64,000 nt of DNA from an uncultured Thermodesulfatator sp. (GTDB lineage Bacteria; Desulfobacterota; Dissulfuribacteria; Dissulfuribacterales; QOAL01): the NCBI GenBank assembly GCA_964581255.1, contig CAZOMT010000015.1, positions 91,186 through 155,185 of the forward strand, in the 5' to 3' direction. The position numbers were made by a program, and so were the translations under genes. A model generated the notes under the pieces. It did not search any database. It had not been told where the DNA came from and saw nothing but the letters and a program-made list of their open reading frames with translations. Each line of letters starts with the position of its first letter. Position 1 is the stretch's first letter. This document shows, piece after piece, positions 50,078 through 58,948 of this stretch.

Positions 50078-50914
50078 ATGAAAAAGGCTGTATTGCCCAT
50101 TGTATTGTTTCTACTTTTTTCCCTCAGTTTTGTGAGCCAGGCCTTGTCTGGAACTGTAATAGACAGGATACTTCAAAAAGGTGTACTGACTGTGGGCACT
50201 ACCGGCCATTATCCTCCGTTTACAGTCAAGGATAAGGATGGCCAATTCATGGGTTTTGATATCGACTTGGCAAAGATGATGGCAGAGGCTATGGATGTGA
50301 AGCTGAATGTGGTTCAAATATCCATTTCAGATCTTTTGGGCGCCATCGAGAAGGGTAAAATAGATATGGCCCTTGCCGGTCTCACGATTACACCAAAGAG
50401 AAATCTGAGGGTAATATTTATTGGCCCCTATTATGTTACTGGCCAGTCGATCCTTGCTGAAAAGTCGGTGGTAGCCACCATCAAGGGACCACAAGACATC
50501 AACAAACCAAATTTTAAGCTTGTTGTCACCAGTGGCACCACGAGTGAGCAAGTGGCAAAGGCTATGGCTCCCAAGGCAAACATCATTTTGGTCAAGGATA
50601 TGGAAACAGCCTTCAAGATGGTCATAGATCACAAGGCCCAGGCCTTGATGGCCGATGAACCCTTTTGTGTGGTGATGGCATTCAGAAATCAGGACAAACA
50701 ACTTGCAGTGTCTGCGCCATTTACCTTTGAACCATTGGGCGTGGCCATGCCTCACGATGACCTGCTCTGGATAAACTGGGTTGACAATTTCTTGATGAAT
50801 CTGAATGCTACTGGAAAACTAAAAGAATTGAAGACATATTGGTTGGCAAATCCATCCTGGATGAAGAGACTGCCAGAGACAGAGGGGTTGCTATATAAAA
50901 AGGGTGCCATATAA
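50078..50914 (+). CDS. Amino-acid ABC transporter substrate-binding protein (family 3)
   Basis: I trimmed the start to MKKAVLPIVLF, which has a GAGGTG RBS and a signal peptide. VGTTGHYPPFTVKDKDGQFMGFDIDLAK is the typical SBP_bac_3 N-terminus. No permease or ATPase gene is adjacent. Confidence 0.85.
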   Translation: MKKAVLPIVLFLLFSLSFVSQALSGTVIDRILQKGVLTVGTTGHYPPFTVKDKDGQFMGFDIDLAKMMAEAMDVKLNVVQISISDLLGAIEKGKIDMALAGLTITPKRNLRVIFIGPYYVTGQSILAEKSVVATIKGPQDINKPNFKLVVTSGTTSEQVAKAMAPKANIILVKDMETAFKMVIDHKAQALMADEPFCVVMAFRNQDKQLAVSAPFTFEPLGVAMPHDDLLWINWVDNFLMNLNATGKLKELKTYWLANPSWMKRLPETEGLLYKKGAI

Positions 50915-50966
50915 AATAAGAAAACAAGCAGATTATAGTTGTTACTTCTGTGAAACCCATGAAAAA

Positions 50967-50990
50967 GGGCCTGTTTCAGGCCCTTTTTTT
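50967..50990. terminator. Bidirectional intrinsic terminator between convergent genes
   Basis: GGGCCTG-TTT-CAGGCCC is flanked by AAAAA upstream and TTTTTTT downstream. It lies between the + gene ending at 50914 and the - gene ending at 51082. Confidence 0.75.
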
Positions 50991-51081
50991 GTTCTTCGGG
51001 CAAAAGGATATCCATGTGAGATATGGTCTTGAAAAGGGTATTGGGGGGATCTGCCTTAGGTATTCATTGGCCGGAAAAACC

Positions 51082-51474
51082 TCAATTTTTCTCAAGGCGC
51101 AACATAAGGGGGATGCAGTTTGTATTGCTGTTTATAACCGTGGTGGAACCAAGGGTCCAATCCTTCACAGACCATTGGGGTGATAGTTTTTGATGGATTT
51201 GTTCCACGATGTTTTTGATGTTTATTATGGGGTGACGTTCAAATACCGGAGGAAGGCCCCGGGTCAGGCTACAGGCCATGCATTTCCCAGGCCTTTCTGT
51301 GAGTATGAAATCCAAGAAGAGGAGGCCTTGGGAATCGTTGAAATCCCGGTATCTCAACTCGATGTCAAAGGCGCCTGTCTCGGCCCCGCCGTAGAGGGCT
51401 TCAAAGAATTCATCCGCACGTTCTGGAGGAAAGAGTTCCTTTAGAAACTCATCAGTTATTACTCCTTCAACCAT
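51082..51474 (-). CDS. Conserved-looking small cytoplasmic protein of unknown function
   Basis: 130 aa with a strong RBS (AGGAGG, 6 nt before the ATG) and a terminator downstream. It contains ERADEFFEALYGGAETGAFDIEL and ERPGKCMACSLTRGLPPVFERHP. I cannot assign a function. Confidence 0.65.
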   Translation of the reverse strand: MVEGVITDEFLKELFPPERADEFFEALYGGAETGAFDIELRYRDFNDSQGLLFLDFILTERPGKCMACSLTRGLPPVFERHPIINIKNIVEQIHQKLSPQWSVKDWTLGSTTVINSNTNCIPLMLRLEKN

Positions 51475-51743
51475 TTCAACCTCCTGAGTCTTTTGTATGT
51501 CATTGGACAGCCAAATGTAGCAGGTTTTTTCACGAGGTCAAATCTTGAAAGATGGTTCTTGGGCCAGGACACCACGGTTAGGGCTTCGTGATCTTGAGGC
51601 AGTTGAACCGGGGGTCGCTGATACCAGCACTTCAGTCGTTCCTTTTTGACACGAAGAAATAGGCAATGTACTTTGTTGTGATTGTTTTCAACGATGTAAG
51701 TCTTATTAATTTCTTTGAATTTTTCAAGGAGGCTTATTTTACC

Positions 51744-52094
51744 ATGAACATGGAAAAGATGAGGCAAAGACTTAAAGAAAAGGCAGGAGGAAGGGCTGGC
51801 ATGATACTTCTCCATAACGGTATAGTGCGGCACAGTTCCAGGGATGGAAACAGGGTTGCGTCCATAGAGGTCAAGGCCCACTGGGAACGTCTTTCAGAGG
51901 TAATGGAGGAGGCAGAGAGTCTTCCAGGGGTGATTGCAGTGGAAGTGGAGATCGCAGAAGGTCCCCTTGAGGTAGGAGATGACATCATGCTCCTTGGTAT
52001 TGCCGGAGATATACGTGAAAATACCATCTCTGCCCTGGCGCATGTTTTGAACAGGATAAAGAAGGAGGTAACGGCGAAGAAGGAGTATCCTTGA
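51744..52094 (+). CDS. MoaE-like small protein (tentative)
   Basis: I trimmed the start to MNMEKMRQ, which has an AAGGAGG RBS upstream. GMILLHNGIVR...VEVEIAEGPLEVGDDIMLLGIAGDIRENTISALAHVLNRIKKEVTAKKE resembles the MoaE family layout ending in K-KE. The assignment is weak. Confidence 0.45.
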   Translation: MNMEKMRQRLKEKAGGRAGMILLHNGIVRHSSRDGNRVASIEVKAHWERLSEVMEEAESLPGVIAVEVEIAEGPLEVGDDIMLLGIAGDIRENTISALAHVLNRIKKEVTAKKEYP

Positions 52095-52142
52095 GACAGC
52101 GGGGGGAAGGTACGCTTTTTAGGGCACATTTTGCAGGCTTTT

Positions 52143-53306
52143 TTAAGGATAAAGTAACCAGGGCTGTCGAATCTCTTCGAACTTCCGCTCATCCCTTTTC
52201 AACAGTTCTTCCATTTCATCAACCCGTGCACCTTGTTGGATCATGCGTCTCATTTTCCTGCTGCCTATTATAAGATCCGCTGGCAACCTTTCGTAGTCGT
52301 ACTCATATGGCGGGGGAGTCCAGGCAAACTCCTCGTTACAGGTTCGATGTATTGCCGAAAGGAGGGAGAGGGTAAATCGGTAGGGTTGAAAGGTGTTTGG
52401 ATCGGTTACATGGATCTGAAAGCCTTTACATCTTTCTCCTTGCCATTTGTTGAATGTGGGTTCGAAGAATTGTTCTCTGAGTATGAAACCTCTGGTAGGT
52501 ACGAGATATTTCAGCACCTTTTTTGTGTCTATGTAAGGGGAGCCAAATATTTCAAATGGCCTTGTGGTTCCTCTGCCTTCAGACAGATTCGTCCCTTCCA
52601 ATATGACCTGGCCTGGATAGACGAGAGCAGTTTCAAAGGTGGGCATATTGGGGGAGGGAAGCACCCAGTAAAGGCCTGTATCAGGGAATAACATGTTTCT
52701 GGTCCAGCCCTTCATCTTCACTATGTGAAGCTCGAGATCCAAGTGGAAAATGGACTTAAACATGATGGCAAGTTCGGCCACAGTTAGCCCGTGGCGCATT
52801 GGAATAGGGGCCATGCCCACAAAGGAATGAAGCTCCTGGTCCAGTAGGTTGCCTTCCACCATGTTTCCGCCTATAGGGTTTGGCCTGTCGAGCACAGCCA
52901 TCGAAACCCCAGCCTTTTCGCAGGCCTTCATGGCGAGAAGGAGTGTCCATATATATGTATAAACCCTTGTACCTACGTCCTGGATGTCCACTACAAAAAG
53001 GTCTATCAGGTCCAGTTGGTTCTTGAGTGGGGTCCTGGATTTTTCATATAGACTGAAAACTGGGATACCAAGATCAGGATCGGTTTCATGGCTTGACTCC
53101 TTCATGTTGTCCTGCTTTTCTGCGAAAAGGCCATGTTGCGGGCTGAAGACAGCCTTCAAATGGCCCGGTAAGGCCTCGTTGATAAGTATTCTCGAATGTC
53201 GAAGTTTTGAATCCACCGATGCCTGATTACACAGAATACCTATGGCCTGCTTTTTGGCCCATGCTGGGGGAGCAAGGCAAAATCTTTCAATACCGGTTTG
53301 AATCAT
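52143..53306 (-). CDS. DUF1343 / NamZ-like exo-beta-N-acetylmuramidase family protein
   Basis: 387 aa with AIGILCNQASV, FSPQHGLF, VVDIQDVGTRVYTYIWTL and VLDRPNPIGG. Confidence 0.85.
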   Translation of the reverse strand: MIQTGIERFCLAPPAWAKKQAIGILCNQASVDSKLRHSRILINEALPGHLKAVFSPQHGLFAEKQDNMKESSHETDPDLGIPVFSLYEKSRTPLKNQLDLIDLFVVDIQDVGTRVYTYIWTLLLAMKACEKAGVSMAVLDRPNPIGGNMVEGNLLDQELHSFVGMAPIPMRHGLTVAELAIMFKSIFHLDLELHIVKMKGWTRNMLFPDTGLYWVLPSPNMPTFETALVYPGQVILEGTNLSEGRGTTRPFEIFGSPYIDTKKVLKYLVPTRGFILREQFFEPTFNKWQGERCKGFQIHVTDPNTFQPYRFTLSLLSAIHRTCNEEFAWTPPPYEYDYERLPADLIIGSRKMRRMIQQGARVDEMEELLKRDERKFEEIRQPWLLYP

Positions 53307-53312
53307 GGCCTT

Positions 53313-55496
53313 TCACACTGTATAAGAAGGAGCCGGAAGCCCGGGTTCTCCATTTGAATTATTCCTCTTTTCTTCTCTGGCAAGTTCCCTGGAAATAGGA
53401 AGGTAGAATTTTTCCAAGTAATCTTTCATCATGCGTCTGGCACCAAAGGTTGGGGCTATGGTCATGATGGCTTCTTTCATCATCCTGACCCACCCCCGTG
53501 AAAAGCCTTTATCGCCCATATCATAATATAGGGGCACTATCTCCCTTTCCAAAAGATCATAAAGCGCCGCTGCATCCAATGCGTTGTCGGAGACTTCACC
53601 TCCAAAGGCCCAGCCATTTTTCCCACTATAGCCCTCAGGCCACCATCCGTCCAAGACAGACAGGTGAAGGGTGCCGTTGATGGCGGCCTTCATTCCGCTG
53701 GTGCCGCAGGCCTCAAGGGGGATCTCCGGGTTGTTGAGCCACACGTCCACGCCGCGCACAAGGCATTTTGCCACGTTCTCTCCATAGTCTTCCACAAAGG
53801 CGATTCGGCCCCTGAACCTTGGATCCTGAGCAGTTTTGAAAATATGCTGGAGGATCTTTTTCCCAGGGTTGTCTGAAGGATGCGCCTTGCCTGCAAATAT
53901 GATCTGGACGGGTTTGGCAAAATTATTGATGATCTTGTCCAGTCTGTCGAGGTCATGGAGTATCAAGTCTGGCCGTTTGTAACTCGTCATCCTTCTAGCA
54001 AAACCTATGGTTAATACGTCAGGGTCTAGCATTACCCCCTCTGCCATCGCCACTAGGGGATCTATGCCCTCCTCAGACCATTTCCGTCTTACCCTTTCCC
54101 TGATAAAATTGACCATGGATACCTTGTGGCCATAATGTATCTTCCATATTTCCTCATCGCTGAGCTCGTTGATCCGAAGCCAGATGTCCCTGTTATCCTG
54201 CATGTCAAGCCAGCTTTCACCCAGTATGGCGTCGAAGGCCTCAAGAAATTCGTCTGCCAGCCATGTGGAAAGATGCACCCCATTGGTCACATAGTTTATT
54301 GGGACCTCATTTTCAGATGATTGCGAGAAGATATTTTTCCAGATGTCTTGCGTTACCTCACAGTGCTTTTTGCTAACTGCATTTCTGTAGTTGCACATCT
54401 TTATGCCAAATACCGTCATGTTAAAGCCTGCTGCCGGGTCGTCTGGGTTCACGCCAAAGCGCAAAAAACGTTCCTTTTCCATGCCAAGACGTTTCCAGTA
54501 ATCGCAGAAGTAGTGGCTCATCATATCGAAGCTGTAGACATCGGTGGCCGCCTGTAATGGAGTGTGAGTGGTAAAGATAGAGGTGCGCTTTACCCTGTCT
54601 ATTGCTTCATCCAAGCCGATACCCTCCACCTCTATGAAACTTCTAACCCTCTCGAAGAGGGCAAATGCGGGATGGCCTTCATTGAGGTGCAATATAGAGT
54701 ATTTGATGTTCAATCTTTCGAGAACCCTGTATCCGCCTATGCCTAGGACTATTTGCTGGCGAAGCCTCTGGTTGAGGTCTGGCGTATAAAGCCTTGAGGA
54801 AATTTCCCGGTCCCAGGGGTCATTTTGTTCTATGTCCGTATCCAGTAGGTATAGTTTGACCCTGCCGACATTGATCTTCCATACAGAGGCATATACTGGG
54901 GGGTCGATGAATGGGACCTGGATGGTAAGGTGCTGACCTTGTTCATCAAGGACCCTTTCAATGGGAGCAGTATCCCGTTCCAGTGGCTCGTTGAGGCTGT
55001 TTTGCCAGCCGTCACTTCCTATTACTTGGCGGACGTAACCCTGGGGATACATAAAGCCAACCCCGACCATGGGAAGGCCCATGTCGCTGGATTCCTTGAC
55101 AATATCACCTGCGAGGAAACCAAGCCCTCCAGAATATATGGGCACTGAATGATGCAGGCCATATTCGGCACAGAAATAGGCGATGGGTAGGGATTCTTCA
55201 GGGCAGAAGGCTGTACGTTCTCTCATATAGCCCTTGAACAAGGCATGCACATATCGGTATTCCCGCATGAATACTTCGTTTTTACAAAGGGCCTGAAGCT
55301 CCTCTTCAGGGAGCTCTTTCAACATCTTTATTGGATTGTGGCCACTTTCCTTCCAGAGATACGGGTTTAGGAGCCTGAACAGGTTCTTGCCCCTGGGATT
55401 CCATGTCCACCAGAGGTTGAGGGCAATGTCCTGGAGTCCGCAGATGGGTTCAGGCAGCTCAGGTATGGAAAGATTGGTCGATGGGTCCGAATTCAT
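53313..55496 (-). CDS. glgP: Alpha-glucan phosphorylase
   Basis: I trimmed the start to MNSDPSTNLSIPELPE (ATG at 55496). Motifs are LWWTWNP, GGLGFLAGD, EACGTSGMKAAINGTL and GWAFGG. Confidence 0.92.
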   Translation of the reverse strand: MNSDPSTNLSIPELPEPICGLQDIALNLWWTWNPRGKNLFRLLNPYLWKESGHNPIKMLKELPEEELQALCKNEVFMREYRYVHALFKGYMRERTAFCPEESLPIAYFCAEYGLHHSVPIYSGGLGFLAGDIVKESSDMGLPMVGVGFMYPQGYVRQVIGSDGWQNSLNEPLERDTAPIERVLDEQGQHLTIQVPFIDPPVYASVWKINVGRVKLYLLDTDIEQNDPWDREISSRLYTPDLNQRLRQQIVLGIGGYRVLERLNIKYSILHLNEGHPAFALFERVRSFIEVEGIGLDEAIDRVKRTSIFTTHTPLQAATDVYSFDMMSHYFCDYWKRLGMEKERFLRFGVNPDDPAAGFNMTVFGIKMCNYRNAVSKKHCEVTQDIWKNIFSQSSENEVPINYVTNGVHLSTWLADEFLEAFDAILGESWLDMQDNRDIWLRINELSDEEIWKIHYGHKVSMVNFIRERVRRKWSEEGIDPLVAMAEGVMLDPDVLTIGFARRMTSYKRPDLILHDLDRLDKIINNFAKPVQIIFAGKAHPSDNPGKKILQHIFKTAQDPRFRGRIAFVEDYGENVAKCLVRGVDVWLNNPEIPLEACGTSGMKAAINGTLHLSVLDGWWPEGYSGKNGWAFGGEVSDNALDAAALYDLLEREIVPLYYDMGDKGFSRGWVRMMKEAIMTIAPTFGARRMMKDYLEKFYLPISRELAREEKRNNSNGEPGLPAPSYTV

Positions 55497-55674
55497 GGTT
55501 CCCGGCCCCCTTTCGTATGCTAGTAAATGTCGTTTGTAAATCAGGCCTAAATGGAGCCTTGAGGCAATGTTTAAAATCTTTTTGAAATCTAACCACTTTT
55601 TTGCCAAATAGTATATATTTAACCCCTTATCCTTTGGTCGTGTGGCTATCGCATGATACATCTTTATCTTATTT

Positions 55675-57429
55675 GTGGAAGAGGATGTGCAATTGAAGTT
55701 TCTGCCATGTAAAAGAGAGGAAATGGAGGCCCTTGGCTGGAAAAGTGTAGATATAGTCTTGGTTACAGGCGATGCCTATGTGGATCATCCCTCCTTTGGA
55801 ACAGCATTGATAGGACGTTGGCTCGTAAGTCATGGCTACAAGGTGGCCATCCTTTCCCAGCCCAGGCATCATGGCCCAGAAGATTTCAGACAGTTTGGCA
55901 GGCCGTTGCTCTTTTTTGGCATATCTGCAGGCAACCTGGATTCTGTCGTGGCAAATTATACAGGCAATGCAAGGGTCAGGAAAAGGGATGTGTATAGCCC
56001 GCATGGCAATCCCTATTGGGGTAAAGACAGGACGAAGGCCAACAGGAGGAGGCCAGACAGGGCCTGCATACGCTATGCCAATCTGGCAAGGGCCGCCTGG
56101 CCTGGGGTGCCCATCATCCTCGGAGGTATCGAGGCCTCGCTTAGAAGATTCATCCATTATGATTATCAGCAAGAAAGGCTGAGAAACTCTGTGCTCGTGG
56201 ATTCCAAGGCAGACCTTCTGATATATGGCATGGGAGAGAGGGCTGTCCTCGAGGTGGCAAGACGCATTTCTTCTGACAGACCACTTGAGGCGATTCCAGG
56301 TACATGTGAAAGACTCACTGAGAAAACCTACAGGAAAAGAAAGGCCAGTGTTGGTGTCCTAGAGCTTCCAGGCTGGCAAGAGATAAAAGAGAAAAGAGCA
56401 AGTTTTCTGGATGCCGAGCTCGAGATAGATGCCTCGAGCAGGACATCTCATCCCAGGATCCTTGTACAAAGGCAACAAGGAGCAATGTATCTGTGGCAGA
56501 ACGTTCCTGCAAAACCCTTGTCTTCTAAAGAGCTTGATGAGATCTACGAGTTGCCCTTTGCGCGGGCCCCTCACCCCGATTTTCCGGAAGTGCCGGCATT
56601 CGATATGATAAGGCATTCTATCACTGCAGTAAGGGGATGTTGTGGCAACTGTTCCTTTTGTGCCATTGCCAGGCACCAAGGGCCAGTGGTGGTTTCAAGG
56701 AGCCCTGATTCCGTGTTGAAAGAGGTGGAGCAGGTGGCAAAAATGGAAGATTTTAGGGGCACCATAACAGATCTAGGTGGCCCAACCGCTAATCTCTATG
56801 GCATCAGGTGCAAAAGGATTGATATATGTAAAAGGAGGGATTGTCTCTTTCCCCAAATATGTCGCCATCTTGAGATAGACGAGGACGCCTTTGTTACACT
56901 CCTGGGAAAGGCGACAAAGGTTAGGGGGGTGAAACACCTTTTCATCTCCTCTGGTCTCAGGATGGATCTTTTAATCAAGACGCCAGGCCTGCTGAAAAAG
57001 ATCCTGCACGATCATACGCCAGGAGTGCTAAAGATAGCACCAGAACACACAGAAGATGAAGTCCTCTTTCTCATGCACAAGCCAGGAGGGGCTCTTCTTG
57101 AAAGATTCTTGCACATTGCAAGAAAGGTGAGTGCGAAGATGAAAAAGGAACTCGAGATTTCAGCCTATTTCATCACGTCTCATCCTGGTTGCACCATGCA
57201 TCACATGTACGGGATGAAGAAAAAGCTTGAAAAACTGAAGCTTCCGGTGCGTAAGTTCCAGGATTTCACCCCCACTCCCGGCACCCTAGCTACAGCCATG
57301 TATGTTACAGGGCTTGATCGCTACAAGAAAAAGCCCATCTATGTGGCCAAGAACAGGAGGGACAGAGCGGCGCAGAGGAGGGTGTTGGAATCTGTCATGA
57401 AGGTGTCGAAAAAGGGATATCATGGTTGA
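55675..57429 (+). CDS. ygiQ: YgiQ-family radical SAM protein (UPF0313)
   Basis: 584 aa with a GTG start, DIVLVTGDAYVDHPSFGTALIGRWL and the radical SAM cluster motif CCGNCSFC. Confidence 0.88.
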   Translation: MEEDVQLKFLPCKREEMEALGWKSVDIVLVTGDAYVDHPSFGTALIGRWLVSHGYKVAILSQPRHHGPEDFRQFGRPLLFFGISAGNLDSVVANYTGNARVRKRDVYSPHGNPYWGKDRTKANRRRPDRACIRYANLARAAWPGVPIILGGIEASLRRFIHYDYQQERLRNSVLVDSKADLLIYGMGERAVLEVARRISSDRPLEAIPGTCERLTEKTYRKRKASVGVLELPGWQEIKEKRASFLDAELEIDASSRTSHPRILVQRQQGAMYLWQNVPAKPLSSKELDEIYELPFARAPHPDFPEVPAFDMIRHSITAVRGCCGNCSFCAIARHQGPVVVSRSPDSVLKEVEQVAKMEDFRGTITDLGGPTANLYGIRCKRIDICKRRDCLFPQICRHLEIDEDAFVTLLGKATKVRGVKHLFISSGLRMDLLIKTPGLLKKILHDHTPGVLKIAPEHTEDEVLFLMHKPGGALLERFLHIARKVSAKMKKELEISAYFITSHPGCTMHHMYGMKKKLEKLKLPVRKFQDFTPTPGTLATAMYVTGLDRYKKKPIYVAKNRRDRAAQRRVLESVMKVSKKGYHG

Positions 57430-58444
57430 TGTTTCAAAAAGTATCGAATCTTCCATGGTGATAAAAGGCTTGAAAATAAGCCCTCCGCTTTTCCTTGCGC
57501 CAATGGCAGGACTCACCCATTCTGCCTTGCGTGCCCTCATTGCAGAATTTGGCGGAGTGGGTTTGTACAGTACGGAAATGCTTTCAGCAAGGAGTCTTCC
57601 AGTGGAAAGTCCTAGGCATTCACCATATCTCATCACAACCAAGGTGGAGTCGCCTTTGAGTTACCAGCTCCTGGCAGGAAGCCCTGAAGATATCCCCAAG
57701 GCTGTAGAGAGAGTGGAAGAGCTTGGTGCTGCCGCAGTGGATTTGAATCTTGGCTGCGGTGCCCCTAAGGTGAGAAGACTTGGCTGCGGAATGGCCCTGT
57801 GGGAAGACATGGAAAGGCTCAAGGCAGTAGTGAAAAAGATCAGGTCTTGCACCAGCAAGCCCTTTACTGCCAAGATACGCCTTGGTCCTAAGCTCCATGA
57901 GGAAGAATTGAAGGCCAGGCTGCTTTTACTTCAAGATCTTGGTGTGGACTGCCTCTATCTCCATGCGAGGTTAGACAAAGAGCCTTTCTCCAGACGGCCA
58001 CGCTGGGAATGGGCAGCCAAGGCAAGGCTTTGGCTCGATATACCCCTTGTGGTGAATGGAGGAATATTTTCCGTAGAAGACGCCCGAAGGTGTCTTGAGG
58101 TCACAGGTGCCAACGGACTCATGATAGGAAGGGCGTCAGCCATTTCTCCTTGGATCTTTTCGGTCATTGCTTCCAGGCTTTATGGCAAGGGTAAGGAGCC
58201 TGATGCCATTGATCTTCCAGGCATCTATGAATATTTTTTCAATGAGCTGGTTTCCAGGTTTCCCAAGGAGAGACAGATTGGACGATTGAAGGAATTCACT
58301 CACTATTTTTCCAGAAACTATCCCTTTGGAAACAGGCTGGCAATGGCGGTGCAAAGGGCGGCGACCATGTCAGAGGCCCTGGAGGCGGCACAAAATTTTT
58401 TTGAGAAAAATAAAGAAGCCTCCCTCGTCTCCTTAAGTTGCTGA
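57422..58444 (+). CDS. tRNA-dihydrouridine synthase family protein
   Basis: 340 aa with LAPMAGLTHSALRAL, VDLNLGCGAPKV and a TIM-barrel flavoenzyme pattern. Confidence 0.85.
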   Translation: MVDVSKSIESSMVIKGLKISPPLFLAPMAGLTHSALRALIAEFGGVGLYSTEMLSARSLPVESPRHSPYLITTKVESPLSYQLLAGSPEDIPKAVERVEELGAAAVDLNLGCGAPKVRRLGCGMALWEDMERLKAVVKKIRSCTSKPFTAKIRLGPKLHEEELKARLLLLQDLGVDCLYLHARLDKEPFSRRPRWEWAAKARLWLDIPLVVNGGIFSVEDARRCLEVTGANGLMIGRASAISPWIFSVIASRLYGKGKEPDAIDLPGIYEYFFNELVSRFPKERQIGRLKEFTHYFSRNYPFGNRLAMAVQRAATMSEALEAAQNFFEKNKEASLVSLSC

Positions 58445-58897
58445 AAGATCCTGTTCAAAAAGTCAGAGGCGATTATTCCTGCATCAAGGCGGGATTTCTT
58501 TTGTGAGCCGGCTTGGCAATAGTTTCCAACTAGGGGAAACCAGGCCCCATTCAAAACCCAACATAGTCCTTGTTCGACATATCAGTAGCCACTAGCTACA
58601 CAATGTATCAACAGCCTCATCCATCAGGGAAAATGTACCCCAAAATGCACTTTCATGCTCGTGGGTGGCTGATATGCGGCTGCCATGATCATTTTCATGG
58701 AAAGACAATCAGGACAGATGCAATTTGTATTTCACCCCGTAATGCCTTGACACCTGAATTCCCCCATGTCATATTCGCTAAACTTTTCAGGGGCAATGAA
58801 GTCTGCCCGAACCACTGTTACAGGATACAGTTGATGACTTCTGTTTGACAAAAATTTTGCTTTTGTCTCTTTTTGCAAGCAGAATGTTCTGATTTTC

Positions 58898-58934
58898 AGG
58901 CCCTGCTTGAGTTTTTCAGGCAGGGCCTTTTTTT
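58898..58934 (+). terminator. Strong intrinsic terminator hairpin directly upstream of the antiporter RBS
   Basis: AGGCCCTGCTTGA-GTTTT-TCAGGCAGGGCCT forms a 13-bp stem with one G-U pair, followed by a T run to 58934. The RBS GAGGG is at 58939..58943 and the ATG at 58949. Confidence 0.8.
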
Positions 58935-58948
58935 GTGTGAGGGTTGGA

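Noticed and set aside
51459-51881. 140-codon minus-strand ORF upstream of and overlapping the 130-aa gene.
   Set aside because: Its first half is antisense to the MoaE-like gene. Its second half has no ATG, GTG or TTG with an RBS. Its 3' end contains the AGGAGG RBS of the downstream gene, so it is better read as 5' UTR and promoter region.
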